IMG/VR virus record: IMGVR_UViG_3300042259_000159
Direction: 5' to 3' (one strand)
DNA from: a virus
Length of the DNA: 64,000 bases
The first letter of the stretch is position 1. Each line of letters starts with the position of its first letter. Made by a program: the position numbers and the translations under genes. The notes under the pieces were generated by a model. It had not been told where the DNA came from. It ran no database searches and saw nothing but the letters and a program-made list of their open reading frames with translations. Below, in pieces: positions 20,032 through 30,202 of this stretch.

Positions 20032-20607
20032 CTTAAAAATAGACTATACATATTTTCTAAGTATAAGTCAAGAGTTTATTTATTTTATTATTATTTATCT
20101 TAATATTTCATATCTCTACACCTGAAAGGGATTCGATGGGTTTGAAGAGGTTTGGATAGACCACCCCCTATATACCAAGTATTAATACTTAGCTAGAGGG
20201 TCTTTCTATCCATTGATTCGATTGGGAATCAGATGGTCATATCCACAGACTTGATTGCAATCCTTGATTATAATCAGTCGTACCTTTCTCAGTACGGGAT
20301 ATGGGGAGTATATACACGTTGTGCTAGACATATATACCCTACTGGAATCATAACGAAGGATAGCTCCTCCGGCAGCACCCACACCAGTATTAGACCTAGG
20401 CTCTTGCTTCGCTGCGTCCCTCAAGTAACAAGTTCACCACATTTTGCGGCTTATACCCTGCTGGCCCTTGTTGGGGGTCGTCACAACCAACAGGCAGGAG
20501 TCTTGACAAAAGACCTCCTGTCACATACAGTATATGAAAGTGGGCGAACCAAAATCTTTTTGCATGTGAAAAATAAATATACAACAGAGTTTTCAAAAAG
20601 TCAAGAC

Positions 20608-20635
20608 TTGACTTAAACAAAAAATAGTGTATAGT
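20608..20635 (+). promoter_or_regulatory. sigma70-like promoter for the rightward replication operon
   Basis: TTGACT (20608-20613), 16 nt spacer, TATAGT (20630-20635). Confidence 0.4.
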
Positions 20636-20667
20636 CTTAAGATAATCAAAAGGGAGGTAAAATATAC

Positions 20668-21051
20668 ATGAGAACACTGGATAAACAAATAGGCGGGAGT
20701 CATTATACAAAACAAAAAATACAACCAATACAGGGGTATGCGCTCATTGGAATTGAAAAGCAAGCCTTTATGTCAAACATTATCAAGTACATTACGAGGT
20801 TTAAAGACAAGAACGGTCTTCAGGATATCCAAAAAGCAGACGACTATCTTGACCTTATGAAGCTGGGATTTGAAGGTGGTCTTGAGACAGATATGCTAAG
20901 CCTTAGAGAGTATTGTGAAGCAAATAAATTTACAGAAGATCAAACCTCTGTGGTATGCCTCTCTTGGCTCTACATGTTGACAGGAAGAGATGAATACTAC
21001 ACCTATGCAAAGCAGAAGATAGCGAATATACTCAAGGGGTTGGAAGATTAA
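20668..21051 (+). CDS. hypothetical protein
   Basis: Track ORF 127 aa with RBS aaagggaggt. Confidence 0.5.
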   Translation: MRTLDKQIGGSHYTKQKIQPIQGYALIGIEKQAFMSNIIKYITRFKDKNGLQDIQKADDYLDLMKLGFEGGLETDMLSLREYCEANKFTEDQTSVVCLSWLYMLTGRDEYYTYAKQKIANILKGLED

Positions 21052-22685
21052 TGGCAATAGGAGGTTATACAAATATGCGGAAAAGGTCTTTTGAGTATAC
21101 CCCGACAGAGACGGTTGAAGAGGTTAATAAGTACCCTTTTGCCATATGGGATGAGAGAGGAATTAGACCAGAAACATTCAAACGTTTTGGTGTAAGAATG
21201 GCCCGTTCCAGCGACGGTCTTTCTGTTTCAGCTATATATTACCCCTTTTATTCTCAGGACAAGAAGGTTTGTGGATATAAGAAGCGCGACCTGACAAAAG
21301 ACAAGCATGAGAGAGGCCACTTCACTGTGATAGGGCATGTCGGGGTAGATTGCATGCTGTTCGGGCAGAACCTTGCAAAAAAATCAAAGAAGGTTTTTAT
21401 TGTTGAGGGAGAAAACGATGTACTGGCTTCATATCAGGCCATGAAGGACTTCATCCTTAAAGGCAAGCCAGAATACAGAAACATGGAACCACCTGTGGTA
21501 GGCTTGTCATGTGGAACAGCAAATGCAGCAGCTGCTGTTGCAACAAACATAAGTTTTATAAACAGTTTTGATGAGGTCGTTCTTGGTCTTGACAATGATG
21601 AAGCAAACCTTGTCGAAAAAAGAAAAGGGGTGAAGAAGGGGAAAGAGGCTACGGAGGATGTTGCAGGCATCCTTATGCGCGACAATATCTTTGTGGCGCA
21701 CTACGAGGATGGATTTAAAGATCCAAACGATTATCTCATGCAAGGTAAGAGCACTCTTCTTGCAAACACGCTCATGTTTACAAAAAACAGGTATGTTGCA
21801 GAGAAGGTGGTGGGTGCCTCAAGCTTTTCTTTTGAGGAGATTATTGCTGAAAAAGAAAAAGGTGTTTATGTAGAGTCTTTCCCGAAAGTTATGGACATGA
21901 TATATGGGATAAGAAAAAGGGAGATGATTGTTATTACCTCAATGTCCGGTGTTGGTAAAAGCTATTTTACATCAGAAATAGGTTACAGTCTTCTGGAGAA
22001 AGGTGCCACAGTGGGAGCAATTTTCCTTGAAGAAGAGGGTAAAGAGACAGTGCAGAGGATTGTGGCAAGAAAGGCCAAGATAAACTTCAACAAGTTCAGA
22101 TTTGCTTGCAAGAGCCTTGCCTCTATTGAGCAGTTGAGGCAGGCATACGATTGGACAACGGGGAAAGATATAGGGAAAGAAAGGCTTTATACCCTTAACC
22201 ATTTTGGTTCCTTGCGTATTAATGACTTGATGAATAAGATAAAGTATTTGACATATGTTTGTAAATGTGACTATATCCTTCTTGACCATTTAAGTGCTGT
22301 TTTGTCTGGACAAGATAGTAAAGATGAACGCAAGGAATTTGATATCCTTATGACCGAGCTTGCTGCTTTTGTATCCTCAAACGATGTTGGCATCATTGCC
22401 GTGTCACATCTTAATAGAAATGCAGCAGAGGAGATTAGAGGTCTTTCAAACCTTAAAGAACCTAAATGGATATGCACCAAGAAGGAAGACCTCAGGGGTT
22501 CAGCGAGCCTTGAGCAGTTCTCATGGATAATTCTTGGGATTGACTTTGAGGTTAGACCTGATAGAACCAGAGGAAGAGCACGGATTACCGTTCTTAAAAA
22601 TAGACCTCTGGGAACAATCGGTGTTGGTGATGTTTTTATATTGGACAATGATACTGGCCTCTTTATTAACGCAGATATTGTATAG
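21051..22685 (+). CDS. primase-helicase (TOPRIM + DnaB-like helicase, T7 gp4-like)
   Basis: Track ORF 544 aa; TOPRIM VEGENDVLAS, Walker A ITSMSGVGKS, Walker B region CDYILLDHLS. Confidence 0.85.
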   Translation: MAIGGYTNMRKRSFEYTPTETVEEVNKYPFAIWDERGIRPETFKRFGVRMARSSDGLSVSAIYYPFYSQDKKVCGYKKRDLTKDKHERGHFTVIGHVGVDCMLFGQNLAKKSKKVFIVEGENDVLASYQAMKDFILKGKPEYRNMEPPVVGLSCGTANAAAAVATNISFINSFDEVVLGLDNDEANLVEKRKGVKKGKEATEDVAGILMRDNIFVAHYEDGFKDPNDYLMQGKSTLLANTLMFTKNRYVAEKVVGASSFSFEEIIAEKEKGVYVESFPKVMDMIYGIRKREMIVITSMSGVGKSYFTSEIGYSLLEKGATVGAIFLEEEGKETVQRIVARKAKINFNKFRFACKSLASIEQLRQAYDWTTGKDIGKERLYTLNHFGSLRINDLMNKIKYLTYVCKCDYILLDHLSAVLSGQDSKDERKEFDILMTELAAFVSSNDVGIIAVSHLNRNAAEEIRGLSNLKEPKWICTKKEDLRGSASLEQFSWIILGIDFEVRPDRTRGRARITVLKNRPLGTIGVGDVFILDNDTGLFINADIV

Positions 22686-22698
22686 AAGGAGTAGTGAA

Positions 22699-25119
22699 AT
22701 GAGATTCTTTACAATGGACTCTGAAGGAGATGGACTTGTAGATGAAATAACTAAGTTCCACTGTATTGTCTTCAAGGAGTATAAAAAGGAAAACATTTTT
22801 GTGTTTGTCGACAAAGAAAGAATGACAAAAGACATCTCAAAAGGTATAGAAAATGTATTCTCTAAATACCGTTTTACTTGGGGGTATATAGAGGATTTTC
22901 CCAGATTCCTTAAGAGTGATATTGTTGACGGATTTCATTGTCATAACTTCTTCGGATTTGATCAGAAGGCCATTGAGAAACTGATACCGGAAATAAAGTT
23001 TAACCCCTTCATCAGACGTGAGGGGGTTCCGAGTACTGTTAATGTTGGTGGTTTTGAAAGAGACATACACATTTATGACACCCTTCCAATGAGCAGAACG
23101 CTGCACCCAGACAGACCCCTACCTTCTGGGTGTCCTGCTAGGATTAAGAACCCTATAACAGGGAAGATGCAAAATGTTGGCCCCCACGGTTTTCAGGCTT
23201 GGGGATACCGTGTTGCAAGAGCAAAGCCGCAGATCGATGATTGGATAAATGACACACTTTTTAACTATATACAACGGTGTGTTGCAGATACTGAAATCGG
23301 TGAAAAGGTTTGGGATGCCCTAAGGGTGGAGGCTCAAGACATAGCCACGGGTGGGGATTGGAAAAAACCGCTTAAGACATCAATGATAGATTTTTTTCTG
23401 TTTTGTGGTCAAGAGCAGGAAGGTGCCTTGTTGGATAAAGAGAAAGCGAAGACCCTTTGGGAAAGTATAAATAAAATGATGAAGGAGATAGCAGATGATG
23501 TAAATGCCTATCTTCTTGAGAAGAATGTTAGAAGGCCCCTTCCAAAAACAAAACAACCTAAATATCCTGCACAAACGTTTAAAAAAGACGGCACTCTAAC
23601 AAATAATGCACTCAAGTGGTGTGATAGGGTTGGTATACCAGAAAAAGACGCTGAGAAGGCCATTCTGTGCATAAATAAGGCACTTAAAGAAGGGGATGAG
23701 AGTGTCCTTGAAAGGTATGTTTTGACGGAACAAGTCACTATTGCACACGATGCAGCCATTAAGGAGTATCTTGTGGAAGAGGGTTGGGTTCCTACTCTTT
23801 GGAATATAAAAAACGCTTTTGTGAATCAGAAGAAAAAGGACTACACTCCTGAAGAGGTAGATGCAAACATTGCAAAGTATATCAGTGAACTGAAGACAAG
23901 CCCTTATAAAAGATTTATTCTTAAAGAGTTGGATTGGGAAGGCATGGACACTGATAGAGCTTTAAGTACCGAATCCTTCAGGAAGCATGTAAAAAGTAAA
24001 GGTAGGCAGCTTCCCACAACACCTAAAATAAAGGATGCCGCCACGGGTCGTATATGTCACAACCTTGAAGAGATGGATGGTGATTTTGCAAAGAAGGTTG
24101 TGAAATATGGTAGTTTGGAAAACAGACGTAATGTAATTCTTAGTGATAATGGAACTGGTTGGCTAACACACCCTAGACTTGAAAGGGACGGAAGAATACC
24201 TGCCAGCCATACAGGAACCACAAATACACACAGAGTTAAGCATTCAAACATCGTTAATATACCCAAGCCCGATCCTAAGGTTCTTTTGGGGTATGAGATG
24301 CGTGATCTTTTTGTTGCTCCTGAAGGGTGGATGTGTGTTGGGTGGGATAGTGCCGCTCTTGAAAACAGGGTTGCGGGGAGTGCTGCATACCCCTATGATG
24401 GGGGCAGATATGCAGATATTCTTCTCTTAGCGGACAGCCATACCCTTAATGCCCAAGCTTATTCTAAAGCAGCGGGGAAGGAAATCACAAGAAATAATGG
24501 CAAGTCTGTGACGTATGGAATTTTATACGGAGCACAGGCAAAAAAGGTTGCAAAAATGCTTGACATTTCCGTGGAAAAAGCACAAGATGTTATCAATGCT
24601 TTTTGGGATTCCAACGATGGTTTGAAGAAGTTTAAAGAGCATCTTGAGGCTTATTGGGAGAGCACAGGGAAAAAATACATCCTCGGACTAGATGGTAGGA
24701 AGGTTTATACAAGAAGTAAGCACAGCCTTGTAAATGCAGCCTTCCAATCCTGCGGTGCCATTCTTATGTCGCACACTATGGTGGAGATTGAGTATAGAAG
24801 GAGAGAGCAGGGTCTTATTGCTCCTCGTTGGGGATTTTATCATGATGAGGGGCAGTATTATATTCCTTTTACAAAAGATAAAAGTCTTTTTGATTTTGTG
24901 ATTCAGGATGAAAAGGATACCCCAAAACCAGATGACAGGATGTGGACAAAAGCAAGAGAGATAAAAGAAGGCAAGGCGGCAGGCAAGTTTGTGAGGTATT
25001 ACAGCCGTTTTGGAGAGTTGTGTGTTGAAACCCATAGGGATGTAGGTGTAATGCTTGGTATGAATATTCCTCTTGACGGGGAATACATGGTTGGTAAGAG
25101 TTGGGCACAAACACATTAA
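22699..25119 (+). CDS. DNA polymerase, family A, with 3'-5' exonuclease domain
   Basis: ATG at 22699 after aaggag; Exo motif MDSEGDGL; polymerase motifs VGWDSAALENRV and K...YG (YGAQAKK). Track ORF extended upstream in-frame from an alternative start. Confidence 0.85.
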   Translation: MRFFTMDSEGDGLVDEITKFHCIVFKEYKKENIFVFVDKERMTKDISKGIENVFSKYRFTWGYIEDFPRFLKSDIVDGFHCHNFFGFDQKAIEKLIPEIKFNPFIRREGVPSTVNVGGFERDIHIYDTLPMSRTLHPDRPLPSGCPARIKNPITGKMQNVGPHGFQAWGYRVARAKPQIDDWINDTLFNYIQRCVADTEIGEKVWDALRVEAQDIATGGDWKKPLKTSMIDFFLFCGQEQEGALLDKEKAKTLWESINKMMKEIADDVNAYLLEKNVRRPLPKTKQPKYPAQTFKKDGTLTNNALKWCDRVGIPEKDAEKAILCINKALKEGDESVLERYVLTEQVTIAHDAAIKEYLVEEGWVPTLWNIKNAFVNQKKKDYTPEEVDANIAKYISELKTSPYKRFILKELDWEGMDTDRALSTESFRKHVKSKGRQLPTTPKIKDAATGRICHNLEEMDGDFAKKVVKYGSLENRRNVILSDNGTGWLTHPRLERDGRIPASHTGTTNTHRVKHSNIVNIPKPDPKVLLGYEMRDLFVAPEGWMCVGWDSAALENRVAGSAAYPYDGGRYADILLLADSHTLNAQAYSKAAGKEITRNNGKSVTYGILYGAQAKKVAKMLDISVEKAQDVINAFWDSNDGLKKFKEHLEAYWESTGKKYILGLDGRKVYTRSKHSLVNAAFQSCGAILMSHTMVEIEYRRREQGLIAPRWGFYHDEGQYYIPFTKDKSLFDFVIQDEKDTPKPDDRMWTKAREIKEGKAAGKFVRYYSRFGELCVETHRDVGVMLGMNIPLDGEYMVGKSWAQTH

Positions 25120-25145
25120 AAACTTTTAGTAAAGAAGGAGAATGT

Positions 25146-25394
25146 ATGAATCTTTATGTAGTAGAAACACCTGTTATGCCTAAGAATGATTGGGATACCT
25201 ATCACAGAGCCTTTACGAGGGTAGAGGCTGTTGATCCCCTCCATGCGGTTAAGATAATTCTGTCTCAGCTTGACGATAAGGAAAAATACCGTGATTACAT
25301 TGTGAGCTGTGATGGTATGTGTGATGACAAGGGTGTTTCTTGTCAAACCCTTATTAGGGTTGATACAGCAGGAATTTCAACATATTATATTTAG
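25146..25394 (+). CDS. hypothetical protein
   Basis: Internal ATG after aaggagaatgt within track ORF 25101-25394. Confidence 0.4.
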   Translation: MNLYVVETPVMPKNDWDTYHRAFTRVEAVDPLHAVKIILSQLDDKEKYRDYIVSCDGMCDDKGVSCQTLIRVDTAGISTYYI

Positions 25395-25402
25395 GAAACA
25401 AT

Positions 25403-25753
25403 ATGAACATCTTTAACAAAACAGATAAAGAAACGGCAGACGACCCAGAAAACGAAGGCATGTTCTTTACCCTAGCCAAAAACTTTGATGATGACTTTGA
25501 TTCACAAGAACAAAAAGAAAAACATAGTGGGTGGGTAAAAATTGCGGTAGGGGAATTGGGGTGTAATGCCGTTCTTGATTATGAAAAAGGCATTTCAGAC
25601 TTTGCACTTGAAATGCTCAAAGAAGATATAAAGGATCAGAATGTTGATCTTGGAGAGGTTGGTGTGTACACGTTTAACATAAATGTGGACTGTGAATCAG
25701 ATTACTATGGTGACTATGATTGTTACCTTGAATATGAGAAAATTGAAGACTAA
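25403..25753 (+). CDS. hypothetical acidic protein
   Basis: Track ORF 116 aa. Confidence 0.4.
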   Translation: MNIFNKTDKETADDPENEGMFFTLAKNFDDDFDSQEQKEKHSGWVKIAVGELGCNAVLDYEKGISDFALEMLKEDIKDQNVDLGEVGVYTFNINVDCESDYYGDYDCYLEYEKIED

Positions 25754-25793
25754 ACACTACTGACCGAATTAAACAAAAAGGAGAGTTGATCAT

Positions 25794-26186
25794 ATGAATT
25801 ATAAAGAACACCTTATTGCAAACATGAAAGTTGCTGCCAACTCATTTAAAATGATGGTATTTCATGCCTTGCACGGTATCATTCCTTGCAAATACACAAG
25901 TCATGATTATTGGGCTGTCAACGACAATTCAAAGGATATCAAAACATCGGAGTTTATTCCCTGCAAAGAGCGATTGCCGGAAAACAAAGGATATTATTGG
26001 GCTACTGTTAAAGAATCGGGTAGCCCGTATAGTGAAACCGGCACTAGTTACTATATAGAAACAGTTTGGTACAGCCCTGAAAATGGAAATGGCTGGTACA
26101 TTGCGAATTGCCGCAAAGATAATCCTGATTGGACATTTGAAGTTACTGCGTGGATGGAACGCGCCAAGCCTTATAAAGGAGATTGA
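25794..26186 (+). CDS. hypothetical protein
   Basis: Track ORF 130 aa with RBS aaggagag. Confidence 0.45.
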   Translation: MNYKEHLIANMKVAANSFKMMVFHALHGIIPCKYTSHDYWAVNDNSKDIKTSEFIPCKERLPENKGYYWATVKESGSPYSETGTSYYIETVWYSPENGNGWYIANCRKDNPDWTFEVTAWMERAKPYKGD

Positions 26187-26288
26187 TAGTGCCCAAGAAC
26201 TACATACCTGTTTGGACGGGTTGGGGAGGGCAAGCCCTACTTGTAGATAAAGCGTGAAACGCTTTGTTTCTAAAACCTATATTTTCTA

Positions 26289-26317
26289 TTGACAAAAGTG
26301 TTCGGTCTTGATAGGTT
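26289..26317 (+). promoter_or_regulatory. sigma70-like promoter (cTATTGACAaaa...gTTGTATTTAAC family)
   Basis: TTGACA 26289-26294, 17 nt spacer, TAGGTT; the same extended motif recurs at 32236-32264. Confidence 0.4.
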
Positions 26318-26356
26318 GTATTTAACGAAACAACATAAACAAACAAAAGGTTCAGA

Positions 26357-26768
26357 CATGCGTAAAACTCTTTTTATTATTCGGGGTGCTTCCGGTTCCG
26401 GTAAAAGCACTCTTGCTGATGAGATTGATAACATTTTGCAGGTTTGGGAAGCAGATATGTATTTTACAGATGCCATTACTCAGGAATATAACTTCATCCC
26501 TAAACTCCTCCCGCTGGCTCATAAGTGGTGTCAAAATCAGATCCGTAAGTGTATGGAGCGCGGTGACAAGAGAATTGCTGTGGCAAATACCTTTACAAAA
26601 AACTGGGAAATGAAACCATATCTTGACATGTGTGAAGATTTTGGTTACACTCCTTTCGTAATTCGCTGTGAGAATGCTTTTGACAATATCCACGATGTAC
26701 CTGAAGATGTTGTCAAGAAACAACGCGAACGTTTTGAAGATTATGGAGTAACTAAAGATGTCTCGTAG
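26357..26768 (+). CDS. P-loop kinase (polynucleotide/nucleotide kinase-like)
   Basis: ATG at 26357; Walker A GASGSGKST. Track ORF 26289-26768 begins upstream from an alternative start. Confidence 0.6.
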
Positions 26769-26988
26769 GGTATACACAAAAACTATCAAGACAGAAAAGG
26801 AAGTCGCATTTACCGAATTAACATGTGACGAGTGTGGCAGAAAAGAAGAAACAAGCGCAGACGAATTGTTCGGATGGGATGCTATGACGTATGGTGGTAA
26901 GGTATACGATATATGCCCCTCGTGTGCTGAGGCTTTGGCTACTATTGTACAATCTATGAAAATAGAAAAGCAAGAAAATCTATACTAA
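26758..26988 (+). CDS. small zinc-ribbon protein
   Basis: Track ORF 76 aa; CDECG...CPSC. Confidence 0.4.
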   Translation: MSRRVYTKTIKTEKEVAFTELTCDECGRKEETSADELFGWDAMTYGGKVYDICPSCAEALATIVQSMKIEKQENLY

Positions 26989-27011
26989 CCTGTTATAAGA
27001 AAAGGCTAACT

Positions 27012-27545
27012 TTGGACATCTTCTTTATAACTTTTATTCTGTGGTTTGGAGGGGAGACTATTCCCGATGATCTCCTGCACGATACAATCAGTGAGGTTGT
27101 CGATATTGTATGTTCTCAGCACCACATACCGGACAAGGAAAGTTTTAAAAGGCTTTTATATGAGACTGCTCAATATGAAAGTGAGGGTGGAATATATATA
27201 GAACAGCTTTCCGGAGGAGGAGCAAAAGGTATCTATCAGATAGAGCCTTTCACAGCGGAGTGCATAAAAAGCAATTGGATGAAATATAACGCTTCCAGCG
27301 GTGTTGAGACACTTTATAAAAATGCCTATGAAAGCGGCATGGGCTTGGAGTGGAATCTAGAGGTTAATCTGGGGTTTCAAACACTTATAGCCTCTTTGAT
27401 TTACATTTCAAGAATGAATAAAAAAGACCATGCCCTAATAAAAACCTTGACAGGAAGGGCAAAAGTGTATAAGAAGTATTTTAATACACCACTTGGAAAA
27501 GGAACAGTTCAAGGGTATATAACCAAAAACAAAAAGGAGAAATGA
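27012..27545 (+). CDS. hypothetical protein, possibly lysozyme-like/transglycosylase
   Basis: Track ORF 177 aa (TTG start in track); ESEGG...GGGAKGIYQ vaguely SLT-like. Weak. Confidence 0.3.
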   Translation: MDIFFITFILWFGGETIPDDLLHDTISEVVDIVCSQHHIPDKESFKRLLYETAQYESEGGIYIEQLSGGGAKGIYQIEPFTAECIKSNWMKYNASSGVETLYKNAYESGMGLEWNLEVNLGFQTLIASLIYISRMNKKDHALIKTLTGRAKVYKKYFNTPLGKGTVQGYITKNKKEK

Positions 27546-27802
27546 TGAGTATTTACACACCGAAAGAGGTAGCAAATGTAGCAATGGATATCGTTCTGAA
27601 GGAGGGCATTGCACGTCTTGAGTATGATAAAGATTTTATCCGAAAGATTGAAAACACCCTTCAAGAAGCAGGGTACTTTAAGGTAAACATTACCGATGCA
27701 CAGAAGCGTCACATTGCAAAAGCAATGCTTAAGGATGTGACACGATGGCATGAAAGTCGCCGTAAATATATGGCAGAAAGCCGTGGACATAAGAACTGGT
27801 AA
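27542..27802 (+). CDS. hypothetical protein
   Basis: Track ORF 86 aa with RBS aaggagaa. Confidence 0.4.
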   Translation: MMSIYTPKEVANVAMDIVLKEGIARLEYDKDFIRKIENTLQEAGYFKVNITDAQKRHIAKAMLKDVTRWHESRRKYMAESRGHKNW

Positions 27803-28084
27803 GTCTTAATTCCTCGACTGGCCAGTCCCATTCAGACGTTTAAGGAGTACAAATGCTTGCTTTTTGTTCGCAAGACGAGTTTGATTTTTCAGAGGAAAAA
27901 CAGGAAAGACGTGTAAACCGTATGAAGAAGGGAAGTAAACGGCTTACTAAAGAAGATCGTAAGAAGATAGTTAAACAAAGGCGTATACTTAAGAACAAAG
28001 AGGGCTTCAGGGATGAAGAGCATGATGGTGAGTATATCTAGCGCACCACACTCAAAATGCCTGAGAAAAAATAAGGAGAACACT

Positions 28085-28573
28085 GTGGAAAAGATGAGTG
28101 AAAATATGAGCCTCTATGATTTTATTCTTGAGGATCTTGCAAAACTTAAAGGTACTACGAAATACGGGCACTACCGTCACAAAATGTTAAAGCTGCTTCC
28201 ACGTATAGGCTTTTTGGGTGATGCCGGTTACTACCCCTTTGGAGGATGTACTGTAGCACTTGAGTTCACTAATGTAGGTGTTGCTATAAAATACGGAGTA
28301 TGCAACGAGGTCGATCGCTTTGTTAAAAGCCTCGGAAGGGCTTGTGCAAGATCAAAAAAGCCCTCACAATTTTATCCGTATGAGAAACTTCTAGAAGACA
28401 TCCTTCAGGATGAAGAATGCCTTACGGATGACAGCCTTGCATGTAAGCTTGATATCGCACTGACAACCCTAGATACCTTTAGACGCATGATCATACAAAG
28501 AGCCTACCAGAAAGCCGAGGAAGGTCTTAAGAAGGCAGGATTTAAAGAGAAAACATTCTACATTCTGAAATAG
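28085..28573 (+). CDS. hypothetical protein, third member of PFGGxTV-motif paralog family
   Basis: YYPFGGCTVALEF...GVCNEVDRFVKSLGR shares the motif with 9428-9766 and 9784-10050. Start placed at GTG after aaggaga; start uncertain. Confidence 0.45.
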   Translation: MEKMSENMSLYDFILEDLAKLKGTTKYGHYRHKMLKLLPRIGFLGDAGYYPFGGCTVALEFTNVGVAIKYGVCNEVDRFVKSLGRACARSKKPSQFYPYEKLLEDILQDEECLTDDSLACKLDIALTTLDTFRRMIIQRAYQKAEEGLKKAGFKEKTFYILK

Positions 28574-28647
28574 GCATTTATCACCTTGACAAGCATCTTA
28601 TCTTAGGATAGGGTGCTTTTATTATTTTCAATTACAAGGAGGATGCT

Positions 28648-30024
28648 ATGGAGATGTTTTTTAGCAACAAAGAGGTTATCAGGGCTTGGGAAAATGTTGT
28701 GAAAAAACTTAACGCCAGCGGTTTTAAAGGTGCCATTGTTGGCGGTGCAGTTAGGGATGTTTTTATGGGAAAGACTCCCACAGATATAGACATTGCTACA
28801 AATGCAACACCAGAGGAGGTTTGTAGCATCTTTAAAGGTGCTAAACTTGTTGGTGAAAGCTTTGGTGTTTGCCGTTGGAATGGCTATGAAATTGCTACTT
28901 ATCGAAACGATGTCCACAACGGTATTGGTGATACTTGTTGCACCGTGAGGTATACAGACGATCTCATTGAAGACCTTAGGCGTAGAGACTTCACAATGAA
29001 TGCTTGTGCATATGAGAGGCATCCTGACGGGACAACGCATTTTGTTATGGCACAGGCAGGTTGTCTGGATGACATCGAGAATAAGCGTCTTGATTTTGTA
29101 GGCAATGCTGAAGATAGAATCAGGGAAGATCCCAACCGCAGCTTCAGAGCATACCGCATGATTTGCAAAACAGGCTTTCTGCCGTCATATGCTACAGCAA
29201 AGATAATATACAACAGAGGTATTGTTGAAAAATATCTTCCGTACATTGCACCTGAGAGGATAGGTAAAGAGCTTATAAAATCTATGGAGGAGCCTTTCTC
29301 TTGGAATTTTTTTAGGTGTCTTTACAGGTCTGGTATTATGTACACTCTCATCCCTGAGATGGCACAGGCTTGGAATATTTGGGGAGGAAAATACCATGCA
29401 GAGTACGTTGGTGAACACCTTATGGCTGTTGGTATGGGTATCTCTGCAAAATTCCCCTTGCTGAGGCTTGCAGGGTATCTGCATGATGTTGGTAAGGGGG
29501 TAACACACGAGGATGGCAGCTTCATCCGGCATGAAAAAGAGGGCGTGCATATTGCGCGGAGGTTTCTTAAAAGCCTTAAGTTCTCTACAAAAGATACAGA
29601 GAAGGTTTGCAATATAATTCGTTGCCATATGCGTAGATTTGGTGAGAATGAAACGCCTGCTACAAACAGGCGAACCCTTGCATATCTTGCAAAACACAAT
29701 GTCTGCACATACGATTTCATCCGTTTGCGGATTGCGGATCACAACGGCAACTTTGCATGCAAGAAGATGAAATTCAGAGATATTAAGTCCCTTGTCAGAT
29801 GTTGGGACACCTATCAGTTTGAAAAACAAGCTGCCCATAGTAGGAAAATGCTTGCCATTAATGGCAGGGATATTATGAAAGAGTTTAATATCCCTCCGTC
29901 AAGACTTGTTGGGGAGATGATTGAATTTGCCCATAATATTGTTCTTGACAATGTTGATAAAAACGAATATAGTATCCTTATCAATGAAATTAAAAAGCGG
30001 TTCGGAGGTAGCAATGGCGAATGA
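28648..30024 (+). CDS. cca: tRNA nucleotidyltransferase (CCA-adding enzyme) with HD domain
   Basis: Track ORF 458 aa with RBS caaggagg. Polymerase-beta head motif GGAVRD...DIDIAT and HD motif LHDVGK. Confidence 0.8.
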   Translation: MEMFFSNKEVIRAWENVVKKLNASGFKGAIVGGAVRDVFMGKTPTDIDIATNATPEEVCSIFKGAKLVGESFGVCRWNGYEIATYRNDVHNGIGDTCCTVRYTDDLIEDLRRRDFTMNACAYERHPDGTTHFVMAQAGCLDDIENKRLDFVGNAEDRIREDPNRSFRAYRMICKTGFLPSYATAKIIYNRGIVEKYLPYIAPERIGKELIKSMEEPFSWNFFRCLYRSGIMYTLIPEMAQAWNIWGGKYHAEYVGEHLMAVGMGISAKFPLLRLAGYLHDVGKGVTHEDGSFIRHEKEGVHIARRFLKSLKFSTKDTEKVCNIIRCHMRRFGENETPATNRRTLAYLAKHNVCTYDFIRLRIADHNGNFACKKMKFRDIKSLVRCWDTYQFEKQAAHSRKMLAINGRDIMKEFNIPPSRLVGEMIEFAHNIVLDNVDKNEYSILINEIKKRFGGSNGE

Positions 30025-30202
30025 ACTTAATCTAAGGCTTAAGCTTAACGATGTGGAGAGGGAGGCAGCCACCTACAGGGCGGTATGCAAGATGTTGTTT
30101 AATAGAATGTCTTCAGCAGGAGACCTTGCATTCATCCACAAAAAGGATCTTCAAAAAGCACTTGACAAATATAAGGAGGTATCACAAGATGCAAATATAT
30201 AA
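30014..30202 (+). CDS. hypothetical small protein
   Basis: Internal ATG (MANELNLRLK) within track ORF 29921-30202. Confidence 0.3.
   Translation: MANELNLRLKLNDVEREAATYRAVCKMLFNRMSSAGDLAFIHKKDLQKALDKYKEVSQDANI

Noticed and set aside
22534-22698. N-terminal extension of the DNA polymerase ORF
   Set aside because: The extension overlaps the helicase gene in another frame; the ATG at 22699 with an upstream AAGGAG immediately precedes the conserved exonuclease motif.
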